From the IMG/VR virus record IMGVR_UViG_3300045988_007239, positions 1 through 25,013 of that record: 25,013 nucleotides of DNA. One strand, written 5' to 3'. Shown one piece after another: positions 17,932 through 25,013 of the stretch (positions are counted from its first letter, which is position 1; each line of letters opens with the position of its first letter). The position numbers were made by a program, and so were the translations under genes. The notes under the pieces are model-generated. The model worked only from the letters and a program-made list of their open reading frames with translations, searched no databases and had not been told where the DNA came from. Source of the DNA: a virus. Its lineage: Duplodnaviria > Heunggongvirae > Uroviricota > Caudoviricetes.

Positions 17932-18124
17932 AGGTTTCCCCTCTTGCACTCTTTAGTGCACAAGCAAATTCATTACGATGGCGGTTGGCGCTATTCATTG
18001 CACATTCAACACATGTTCCGTTCAGAACATACCTTTCAGAGAGATGGCCGTGACGGCACCGCTTTCCTGTGAAATAGCGATTTAACCCGGCTTTTGCGGC
18101 CTCCATTCTGGTTACTATCTTCAA
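17912..18124 (-). CDS. small zinc-finger protein in the cII position
   Basis: C-x-H-x-H ... C-x2-C cluster; start uncertain (TTG at 18124 with GGGGG RBS, or ATG at 18106); overlaps start of the initiator gene. Confidence 0.4.
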   Translation of the reverse strand: MKIVTRMEAAKAGLNRYFTGKRCRHGHLSERYVLNGTCVECAMNSANRHRNEFACALKSARGETYGKQLD

Positions 18125-18203
18125 TTTTTCCGCCCCCTTTTTGTTATTGATATTGGCTATTTTGCACAATTGGAAAATTTGATCAACCAGATTTGGTTTT
18201 TTA

Positions 18204-18218
18204 TTACCTTTGAGGTAC
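18204..18218. promoter_or_regulatory. imperfect operator palindrome
   Basis: TTACC-tttga-GGTAc, 9 of 10 specified bases; just downstream of the cro-like gene terminator. Confidence 0.3.
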
Positions 18219-18224
18219 GAATAG

Positions 18225-18251
18225 ATATGAAAAGACCGCCGGATGGCGGTC
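18225..18251 (-). terminator. intrinsic terminator after cro-like gene (tR1-like position)
   Basis: GACCGCC-N4-GGCGGTC stem followed on the - strand by TTTTCAT. Confidence 0.55.
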
Positions 18252-18273
18252 TACAGAGGGTTGTGGCTGGATA

Positions 18274-18504
18274 TCATGAGTAGAAGAAGTATGCCAGTTC
18301 TGCTTTTGAGCGCAGCCATTGTCTTGTTTTACAGGCTTTAAAAAGCCCATTCATCAATACCTTACCTGGCATTTTGCGCTTACCTGTTAAGTGAGTCTGG
18401 ATATAGTGACTCGTCGTTCCGGCTTCCTGTGCGAAGGCTTCACGCTCATCCGGAGTAAGTGCAAGCCAGTGCTTTTTGAAATCGAAATGTCCGTTATCGC
18501 TCAT
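18274..18504 (-). CDS. Cro/YdaS-like HTH regulator
   Basis: 76-aa ORF divergent from the repressor gene; helix-turn-helix-like segment; classical cro position. Confidence 0.65.
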   Translation of the reverse strand: MSDNGHFDFKKHWLALTPDEREAFAQEAGTTSHYIQTHLTGKRKMPGKVLMNGLFKACKTRQWLRSKAELAYFFYS

Positions 18505-18540
18505 AGCTATTGCCTGATATTTATTTCAGATAATAAATAT

Positions 18541-18603
18541 TCACCCATAAGGTAACAAAAATCAAGGATAGTTACCTATGAGGTGCATTTACCTGTTGGG
18601 TAA
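18541..18603. promoter_or_regulatory. immunity-region operator cluster (OR-like) with divergent promoters
   Basis: Three sites: tcACC-cataa-GGTAA (18541-18555), TTACC-tatga-GGTgc (18572-18586), perfect TTACC-tgttg-GGTAA (18589-18603); between divergent cro-like and repressor genes. Confidence 0.55.
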
Positions 18604-18658
18604 TATTGCTTTAAATTGAATCATCTACTGATTCATATATGAGGCGATTTTCCAGAAA

Positions 18659-19243
18659 ATGAAAAGTATCCAGGACGTCCGCAGGCAAAATCTCAACGAC
18701 TTGATCGACCGTGAATTCAATGGTGTTCAGACGCGGATGGCAGAAAAACTTGGAACTCAGGCAAATCTGGTAAACCGCTGGGCTCTTGGCAAGAAGGTTA
18801 TCGGCGACCAGGTTGCACGAAAAATTGAAGCTGCCGCCAATAAACCCCGTAACTGGCTTGATATCGATCGCTCGCTTTCTCAGGAAGGTTTTCAGCCTGT
18901 CGGCCCGAGCGATATAGGTCAGCTGGCGGCTCACAACCTGGAACGCTGGATGAGCGAAAGCCGCGACCTTTCAACGCAGGGAAAACTACACCGCGCATCC
19001 GGCGTCGCCCAGGTGACAATCAGCCGCCTGTTAAACAATGAGGTCAGCGTTTCCATTTCCACCCTGGAGAATGTTGCATCCGCATTCGGGCGTCACGGCT
19101 ATGAATTACTGATTCACCCGCACGACCCTGCGACCATCAACTATGATCGCTCGCGCTACGCATTGTTACCCGAAACCGAGAAAGCAAAGATCGAAAGTTA
19201 CATTGAATTTGTCATCAACCAGAACGAAAAAAACAAACAATAA
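18659..19243 (+). CDS. phage repressor with two HTH (XRE-type) domains, no LexA-like peptidase domain
   Basis: 194 aa; two HTH-like segments (LGTQANLVNRWALGK and SGVAQVTISRLLNNEV); no Ser/Lys peptidase motif region; followed by a strong terminator. Confidence 0.75.
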   Translation: MKSIQDVRRQNLNDLIDREFNGVQTRMAEKLGTQANLVNRWALGKKVIGDQVARKIEAAANKPRNWLDIDRSLSQEGFQPVGPSDIGQLAAHNLERWMSESRDLSTQGKLHRASGVAQVTISRLLNNEVSVSISTLENVASAFGRHGYELLIHPHDPATINYDRSRYALLPETEKAKIESYIEFVINQNEKNKQ

Positions 19244-19263
19244 AATCATATTTTTCAGTAAGT

Positions 19264-19288
19264 AAGCCGCCTTCTGGCGGCTTTTTTA
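19264..19288 (+). terminator. intrinsic terminator after repressor gene
   Basis: GCCGCC-ttct-GGCGGC stem followed by TTTTTT. Confidence 0.7.
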
Positions 19289-19300
19289 TTGCCTATTCGA

Positions 19301-19377
19301 TTACCTAATGGGTAATTTTTTTAACTCATATCTATTGACATCAAACCAGATACGCATAATTATTACCTCAACGGTAA
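19301..19377 (+). promoter_or_regulatory. pL-like promoter with two operators
   Basis: Perfect TTACC-taatg-GGTAA (19301-19315); TTGACA (19335-19340), 17-nt spacer, AATTAT; perfect TTACC-tcaac-GGTAA (19363-19377) at the predicted transcription start. Confidence 0.6.
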
Positions 19378-19396
19378 CAGACCGAGGTAACAAGTT

Positions 19397-19549
19397 ATGC
19401 AGTGGAAAATCATCAACGGTTGGTACTGCGTTACTGCATGCGGATTCATGAGCTGGAAGTTCCGCACCTTACAGGAAGGCATTAAGTGGGCTTTCGTCAG
19501 CAAAGAAGCTCGCGATGTGGCCAACGATAACGAGATATGGGAGGGCTGA
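19397..19549 (+). CDS. small hydrophobic protein (50 aa), first gene of early-left operon
   Basis: Hand-translated MQWKIINGWYCVTACGFMSW...; GAGGT RBS 8 nt upstream; stop 2 nt before the next gene; below track cutoff. Confidence 0.35.
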   Translation: MQWKIINGWYCVTACGFMSWKFRTLQEGIKWAFVSKEARDVANDNEIWEG

Positions 19550-19551
19550 TA

Positions 19552-19851
19552 ATGAACGTTAATCAGCAGAAAAATCTTCAAAAAATCATGCTGGCATTCG
19601 ACAAGGACTACCGCCTGTCAGAACAGCTATATGACCGACAAGTTGAACTGATCGAGAGCATCCGGCTTCATCAACTGGCCTCAACTTTTGACGCTGTAAC
19701 AGGCAAAGGAGTTCGCCAGGAAGTGCTGGAGGCAGCTAAAGACAGCCCTGAGTTCGAAGAACTTATGGATGCCTACCGGCGCGAGGCAATAGCAATTATC
19801 GCCCGCTGGGATCTGGCGGATCGGATTGATGGGCAGAGGGAAGCGGCATGA
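19552..19851 (+). CDS. hypothetical protein (99 aa)
   Basis: Start set at ATG 19552 with GGGAGGG RBS, not the track's 19537; stop overlaps the exonuclease gene start. Confidence 0.6.
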   Translation: MNVNQQKNLQKIMLAFDKDYRLSEQLYDRQVELIESIRLHQLASTFDAVTGKGVRQEVLEAAKDSPEFEELMDAYRREAIAIIARWDLADRIDGQREAA

Positions 19852-20669
19852 AACCGGGAATTTATTTCGACATCAGCAACGAAGACTACCACGCCGGTGA
19901 CGGCGTGAGTAAGTCGCAACTGGACATGGTTGCCAAGAATCCGGCGCTTCTTAAATGGGTTCAGGCAGCACCAGAAGACGAAGAGAAAAAGTCTGCACTG
20001 GATATGGGAACCGCATTGCACTGTCTGCTTCTGGAGCCTGGAGAATTCGACAAACGCTTCATTGTTTCACCGAAGTTCGATCGTCGGACGAAACAAGGTA
20101 AAGCTGACGAAGAAGCATTTCTTCGTGATGTAGCGGATATGGGGATTACGGTACTTGATGCCGAGCAGTGGCGGAAACTGGAGCTGATGCGTGATAGCGC
20201 AATGGCTCACCCGGCGGCACGCTGGATGCTGGAAGCACCTGGTTACTGCGAAGCATCAATGTACTGGAATGATGAAGAGACTGGTGAGTTGTGCCGCATT
20301 CGTCCAGACAAATGGCTGAACGAGCACAACGTGATCGTCGACGTGAAAAAGGTTGCAGATATGGATCGTTTTGCACGCCACATCGAGGAATTCCGCTACC
20401 ACGTGCAGGACGCAATGTACCGCGAAGGAGCGATGAGGGTTACTGGTCAGTCGCATGGTTTTTTCTTTCTTGCCGTGAGCGAAAGCATTGATTGTGGTCG
20501 GTATCCGGTACGCGTGTTCGAGCTGGATGCGCCGGATGTCGATGCCGGGCACGCTCTGTTCCGCCGGGATCTGAATACCTATCACGAATGCCGCATCAAC
20601 GATGAATGGGGCGGCGTGGAAATTATTAAACGCCCTGACTGGGCACGTAAACAGGATATGTACGTATGA
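19848..20669 (+). CDS. recE: RecE-like exonuclease (exodeoxyribonuclease VIII catalytic domain only)
   Basis: 273 aa; GIYFDISNEDYHAG ... SKSQLD ... GTALHCLLLEPGEFDKRF ... CRIRPDK ... DVKK closely resembles the RecE C-terminal nuclease domain as I remember it. Confidence 0.8.
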   Translation: MKPGIYFDISNEDYHAGDGVSKSQLDMVAKNPALLKWVQAAPEDEEKKSALDMGTALHCLLLEPGEFDKRFIVSPKFDRRTKQGKADEEAFLRDVADMGITVLDAEQWRKLELMRDSAMAHPAARWMLEAPGYCEASMYWNDEETGELCRIRPDKWLNEHNVIVDVKKVADMDRFARHIEEFRYHVQDAMYREGAMRVTGQSHGFFFLAVSESIDCGRYPVRVFELDAPDVDAGHALFRRDLNTYHECRINDEWGGVEIIKRPDWARKQDMYV

Positions 20670-21547
20670 GCAATGATATCGCAATCACATCACAACCAGG
20701 CGCAACTGTAGGTACTGCTGCGGCAATCTTCAGCCCGGAGGGCATGAATCAACTGGTGCGTTTCGCGGAGTTGATGTCACAAAGCAAAGCGACTGTACCG
20801 AAACATCTTGAAGGCAAACCTGCCGATTGTCTGGCGGTGACCATGCAGGCGGCACAGTGGGGAATGAACCCTTTCGCCGTGGCGCAGAAAACGCATGTGG
20901 TAAACGGAACGTTAGGCTACGAAGCACAGTTGGTAAACGCGGTCGTATCCTCTTCCAGCCTGCTAGCGACACGCCTGAATTATCGCTGGAGCGGTGACTG
21001 GTCGAATGTTAACGGCAAAACAGATAAATCACCGAATCTGACGGTAACTGTGTCAGCAGTTCTTAAAGGAGAAGCAGAACCCCGTGAGCTTACCATCAGT
21101 ATGGCGCAAGCCGGAGTGCGTAACTCTCCATTGTGGGAACAGGATCCGCGCCAGCAGCTTGCCTATCTTTGCACGAAACGATGGGCTCGCCTGCACGCTC
21201 CTGATGTACTTCTCGGTGTTTACACCCCTGACGAATTACAGGAAACGGCACCGCGCGTTGAGCGAGACATTACTCCGCAAACGACTACTGCTGCGGCAAT
21301 GAACAGTCTGATCAACGCTAAACCAGTGAAAAAGCCTGATGAGCAAACGCGTAAAGCGGATAGCCGTGATCCAGAAGAAATGCTGATGGCCTTTACCAGC
21401 GCAGCGATGAATTACAGCACTGTCTCCGAACTGGATAAGGCTTACAAATACATTGCACAAAAACTTTCAGATGATGACGAACTGCTGGCAAAAGCCACCG
21501 ACGTTTACAGCGTTCGTCGGGAAGAATTAAACGAAACATCTATGTAA
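20666..21547 (+). CDS. single-strand annealing protein, RecT/Red-beta (Bet) family
   Basis: 293 aa; QWGMNPF ... ERDITP and C-terminal W-x-RL pattern resemble lambda Bet; coupled to the exonuclease gene. Confidence 0.75.
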   Translation: MSNDIAITSQPGATVGTAAAIFSPEGMNQLVRFAELMSQSKATVPKHLEGKPADCLAVTMQAAQWGMNPFAVAQKTHVVNGTLGYEAQLVNAVVSSSSLLATRLNYRWSGDWSNVNGKTDKSPNLTVTVSAVLKGEAEPRELTISMAQAGVRNSPLWEQDPRQQLAYLCTKRWARLHAPDVLLGVYTPDELQETAPRVERDITPQTTTAAAMNSLINAKPVKKPDEQTRKADSRDPEEMLMAFTSAAMNYSTVSELDKAYKYIAQKLSDDDELLAKATDVYSVRREELNETSM

Positions 21548-21596
21548 CCACCACCGCGGCGCCACGCGCGCCGCACTGCAACCAAGAGAGGTATTT

Positions 21597-21845
21597 ATGA
21601 AAGGTGCATTAGGTAAGAAGGAACTCCTGGCGGTGGTGCCACTGTCATGGAGCACTATCGACCGTATGGAGCGCGCAGGGGAATTTCCTAAACGCTGGTA
21701 TATCACCGATAAACGCTGCGCATGGAACCGTGATGAAGTTGAGCGTTGGCTTGATGAACGTCAGGCAGCAAGCCCGGCAGAGTTCCAGGGTAAAAAACCT
21801 CCTGTTCAGCAACGTGTATATCGTCCTGTGAGCAACGCGGCATGA
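21597..21845 (+). CDS. AlpA-family DNA-binding protein (excisionase/regulator-like)
   Basis: 82 aa; S-x-STI-x-R ... G-x-FP ... W-x-x-x-EV-x-x-WL pattern typical of AlpA/Vis-type proteins. Confidence 0.7.
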   Translation: MKGALGKKELLAVVPLSWSTIDRMERAGEFPKRWYITDKRCAWNRDEVERWLDERQAASPAEFQGKKPPVQQRVYRPVSNAA

Positions 21846-21954
21846 GTGTGCTGCTAAGGCACTGGAGCAAATGGTCAGGATGGTACTTATTCCTGGCCTC
21901 TGTTTCAGCATGGCTTTATCTGCTGGCATTAATTTTCAGAGAGGGTTGGATTAA

Positions 21955-22254
21955 GTGAGAAAGTTAAGCCGACTTGAAAAATATCACATGAACAAGGTTT
22001 CAATGCGCAGCCCTTCAAAGGTTGTTGCCGTTACTCCTGCGGCGATAGAGATCGAAAAACGCGCGATTGAAAGAGAGAAAAAAGGGCAGTTCCGCATTGC
22101 CGCCCACCTTTGGCTTCAGTGTATGGATGTTGCTTCTGGTGATGTTGAACGTGCAAGGATCGCGGTTCGCAGGGACCAATGTATCACAAAAGGTAACGGC
22201 CTTCGCCGTGGCGACTATAGCGGCATAGGATGTTGTGGGGTGGTTTATGACTAA
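21955..22254 (+). CDS. PerC/ANR-like small regulator
   Basis: 99-aa ORF (GTG start per track); RIAAHLW ... ERARIAVRRDQC resembles the PerC-family motif; assignment from memory. Confidence 0.45.
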   Translation: MRKLSRLEKYHMNKVSMRSPSKVVAVTPAAIEIEKRAIEREKKGQFRIAAHLWLQCMDVASGDVERARIAVRRDQCITKGNGLRRGDYSGIGCCGVVYD

Positions 22255-22897
22255 GAAATACACACTAATCTATGCAGATCCACCCTGGGTATACCGGGAC
22301 AAAGCCGCAGATGGTAATCGCGGTGCCGGTTTTAAATATCCGGTTATGAGTGTGCTGGATATCTGCCGCCTTCCTGTGTGGGATTTGGCCGATGAAAACT
22401 GTCTGTTGGCCATGTGGTGGGTGCCAACACAACCACTCGAAGCACTAAAAGTTGTTGAAGCCTGGGGATTCCGTCTGATGACGATGAAGGGCTTCACGTG
22501 GATAAAATGTGGTAGTCGACAACCAGATAAACTGGTTATGGGTATGGGACACATGACTCGCGCCAATAGTGAAGATTGCCTGTTTGCGGTAAAGGGAAAA
22601 CTACCTACGCGCATTAATGCAGGGATCGTTCAGTCATTTACCGCACCGCGGCTTGAGCATTCAAGAAAGCCAGATATCGTTCGTGAAAAACTTGTGCAAT
22701 TATTAGGCGATGTTTCTCGCATTGAACTGTTCGCCCGCCAGACGTCTCATGGCTTCGATGTTTGGGGTAATCAGTGCGAAGACCCGGCAGTGCAACTACA
22801 CCCTGGATACGCGTTGGATATCGGCGGATTAACAAATGCATTCAGCAATGCTCCGCTGTCACCAACAGACAACCAGGGGCGGGAGCGTGCAGCATGA
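22247..22897 (+). CDS. MT-A70 family N6-adenine DNA methyltransferase
   Basis: IYADPPW motif near N-terminus; start taken at ATG 22247 (track uses GTG 22235). Confidence 0.8.
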   Translation: MTKKYTLIYADPPWVYRDKAADGNRGAGFKYPVMSVLDICRLPVWDLADENCLLAMWWVPTQPLEALKVVEAWGFRLMTMKGFTWIKCGSRQPDKLVMGMGHMTRANSEDCLFAVKGKLPTRINAGIVQSFTAPRLEHSRKPDIVREKLVQLLGDVSRIELFARQTSHGFDVWGNQCEDPAVQLHPGYALDIGGLTNAFSNAPLSPTDNQGRERAA

Positions 22898-23553
22898 ACC
22901 TATATCAACGCATCAATGGCGCTGACTGGTGCAATATCTTCGTCGTCGGCGATCTGCATGGGTGCTACACGCTGCTGATGAACGAACTCGACAAAGTTTC
23001 ATTCGACCCGGCGCGCGATTTGCTTATTTCCGTTGGTGACCTTGTTGACCGCGGCGCTGAAAACGTCGAATGCCTGGATTTGATTACTATGCCGTGGTTC
23101 CGAGCTGTTCGTGGCAACCATGAGCAGATGATGCTGGATGCACTGGTCAACGGCGGAAGTTTCGGACATTGGATGTCAAACGGCGGTGGATGGTGGCACC
23201 AACTTGATTCTGAGCAGGATGTGCAACTCAAATACCTTCTGCCAAAGGTTACCAACCTCCCGATGATTATCGAACTGGTTACCGGCAATAAGAAGGTCGT
23301 CATCTGCCACGCAGACTACCCGCACAACGAATACGCATTCGATAAGCCAGTACCGGAAGAAATGGTGATATGGAATCGTGAGCGGGTTAGCGACGCGCAG
23401 GACGGTATTGTCTCGGAGATAACCGGTGCCGATTTGTTCATCTTCGGTCATACGCCAGCACATCACCCACTGGTGTATGCAAACCAAATGTACATCGACA
23501 CCGGCGCAGTGTTCTGCGGAAATCTGACGCTTACCAAAGTCCAGGAAGGATAG
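22894..23553 (+). CDS. Ser/Thr protein phosphatase (lambda PPase-like metallophosphatase)
   Basis: GDLHG, GDLVDRG and GNHE motifs; start at ATG 22894, overlapping the methyltransferase stop (ATGA); the track's N-terminal extension is rejected. Confidence 0.85.
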   Translation: MNLYQRINGADWCNIFVVGDLHGCYTLLMNELDKVSFDPARDLLISVGDLVDRGAENVECLDLITMPWFRAVRGNHEQMMLDALVNGGSFGHWMSNGGGWWHQLDSEQDVQLKYLLPKVTNLPMIIELVTGNKKVVICHADYPHNEYAFDKPVPEEMVIWNRERVSDAQDGIVSEITGADLFIFGHTPAHHPLVYANQMYIDTGAVFCGNLTLTKVQEG

Positions 23554-23555
23554 AA

Positions 23556-24812
23556 TTATTTATTACTGTCTTCCATCCACTTCTCAAACTTCGACGGGGA
23601 GAACGGAATCAGATCCGTATGCTCCCCGTTAATCCAGGAATCAATCATATCGGCCCACTGCTGCAACATGTAGGCGCGCTGTCTGGCGTATTCCGCTTTG
23701 TTATATACGGCGCGCACACCTTTCTGCTCGTGTGCCAGAGCCTTTTCAATCCAGTCTGAAGGATAACCAGCCTCATGCAACAATGTACTGGCTGTACGGC
23801 GCATATCATGTACAGTGAAATCCTGAATATGCTCACCATCTTCATTTATTATTTTCACCGTTCTGTCGATCAGAGAGTTCAGCGCGGCATTAGATAATGG
23901 CTTCCGGAAATTGTAACGACCAGGAACCAGATATTCACTTCCACCAGCGCACATCTGCAACCCGACTAATATATCCTGTGCCTGTTTAGGCAGGTAAATA
24001 ACGTGCGCCCGACCTCCCTTCATGCGGTCTGAAGGAATTGTCCATGTCCATTTTTTAAAATCTATTTCATCCCACGTTGCATTGGTTAATTCTCCCTTAC
24101 GAACCATGGTGATAAGCACCAGCTTTAAAGCCATTTTCATAGTGCCCATAGCACCAATGGCATCCAGCGTGCGGAAGAACAGGCCAATTTCTTCTGGTGT
24201 CAGTGTTCGCTCTCGTGGTTTAAATATGGCGATAGACGAAGGTTTAATGTCAGCCGCAGGATTAAACAAACCATGACCACGGTCATTGGCGTGACGGTAT
24301 ACGCTGCTGATGATCTCCCTGGCCTGTACTGCTGTTGCCCGACCACCGCGTTCGACAATCCGGTCACACAAATCACGAACCATCGATGTGGTAATTTCAG
24401 CCATCATTTTGTTGCCAAGAACCGGAAGTATGTCACGGTCGATCACCGCCTGCTTCATTGCGCGGGTACTGTCAGCCAGGATGACGTGTTTCATATAACT
24501 GTCGGTATGTACCGCAAACGTCTCGGCACCACGAATCTTTTTAATACCGTCACGTTTAGCCGCAGCCGGTGACTGGCCTGCTTTAAGCAGCTTCTTTGCA
24601 GCAATCAGTTCTTCTCGCGCTTCTGCCAAGCTGATACCGTCACGCCCATACTGCCCGATTACCAGTGTTTCGCGGCGACCGTTGATACGGTAGTCATAGC
24701 GAAACGAGACCGTGCCTGACGTAAGCACAGCTACATACAGCCCGTCACGATCGGAGACCTTGTACAGTTTGTCCTGCGGCTTGAGGTTTTTTAATTTTGT
24801 ATCGGTAAGCAC
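23556..24812 (-). CDS. int: tyrosine integrase (P4-type)
   Basis: 418 aa; arm-binding-like N-terminus, catalytic-domain motifs (HDMRRT, C-terminal Tyr region); GTG start at 24812; convergent with the early-left operon. Confidence 0.9.
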   Translation of the reverse strand: MLTDTKLKNLKPQDKLYKVSDRDGLYVAVLTSGTVSFRYDYRINGRRETLVIGQYGRDGISLAEAREELIAAKKLLKAGQSPAAAKRDGIKKIRGAETFAVHTDSYMKHVILADSTRAMKQAVIDRDILPVLGNKMMAEITTSMVRDLCDRIVERGGRATAVQAREIISSVYRHANDRGHGLFNPAADIKPSSIAIFKPRERTLTPEEIGLFFRTLDAIGAMGTMKMALKLVLITMVRKGELTNATWDEIDFKKWTWTIPSDRMKGGRAHVIYLPKQAQDILVGLQMCAGGSEYLVPGRYNFRKPLSNAALNSLIDRTVKIINEDGEHIQDFTVHDMRRTASTLLHEAGYPSDWIEKALAHEQKGVRAVYNKAEYARQRAYMLQQWADMIDSWINGEHTDLIPFSPSKFEKWMEDSNK

Positions 24813-24835
24813 AATTCACCCGTATAGAAACCATT

Positions 24836-24876
24836 TTCATGACGGTATGAGAGTATACCTTTAAGGTAATACCGTC
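24836..24876. promoter_or_regulatory. long palindrome with embedded operator-like site in the integrase promoter region
   Basis: TGACGGTA ... TACCGTCA outer inverted repeat enclosing aTACC-tttaa-GGTAA (24855-24869), 25-65 nt upstream of the int start. Confidence 0.4.
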
Positions 24877-24934
24877 ACCTGTACCGCCGAAAAATATGGT
24901 GTAGAGTGAATAGAAATGAATACATAAAAACAAA

Positions 24935-24958
24935 AACCCTCTGTAAAAACAGAGGGTT
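24935..24958 (-). terminator. intrinsic terminator at prophage edge (acts on leftward transcripts)
   Basis: CCCTCTG-N6-CAGAGGG stem; on the - strand it is followed by TTTTTGTTTTT. Confidence 0.55.
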
Positions 24959-25013
24959 AAATTAGTATCTGAATAGGAATGATTTGCTATGAGTTAGCTG
25001 TTAATCATTCCCA

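Noticed and set aside
22774-22893. 40-codon N-terminal extension of the phosphatase ORF
   Set aside because: It overlaps the methyltransferase coding region in another frame; the conserved metallophosphatase motif starts right after the internal ATG at 22894, which is ATGA-coupled to the upstream stop.

Overview
The window is almost entirely one temperate-phage (prophage) genome segment with a lambda-like layout read right to left, joined to a podovirus-type head and tail module. From right to left it holds: a P4-type tyrosine integrase (23556-24812, - strand); a rightward early operon (19397-23553) with a RecE-like exonuclease domain, a Bet/RecT-like annealing protein, an AlpA-like regulator, a PerC-like regulator, an MT-A70 methyltransferase and a Ser/Thr phosphatase; an immunity region with a tandem-HTH repressor and a divergent Cro-like gene (18274-19243); lambda O/P-like replication genes (16353-17931); a nin-like region with a DUF1064-like gene, Ea22-like genes and an array of tiny basic ORFs; an HNH endonuclease plus small and large terminase (9795-13750); an oppositely oriented insert carrying tRNA-Arg(UCU) and a 118-aa gene (8715-9751); and portal, scaffold, major capsid and tail-tube-like genes (5-8646). 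No Q-type antiterminator, holin or endolysin is recognisable; lysis genes may lie left of the window. The most striking signal is a 15-bp palindrome, TTACC-N5-GGTAA, present as at least 7 perfect and 4 near-perfect copies, all at gene starts or intergenic promoters across every module. Other points worth follow-up are the tRNA insert with its ~320-nt leader, the translationally coupled array of tiny basic/membrane ORFs, and nucleotide-level repeats inside the replication gene that look like an origin. All functional calls come from motifs and remembered family resemblance read off the translations; no database search was run.
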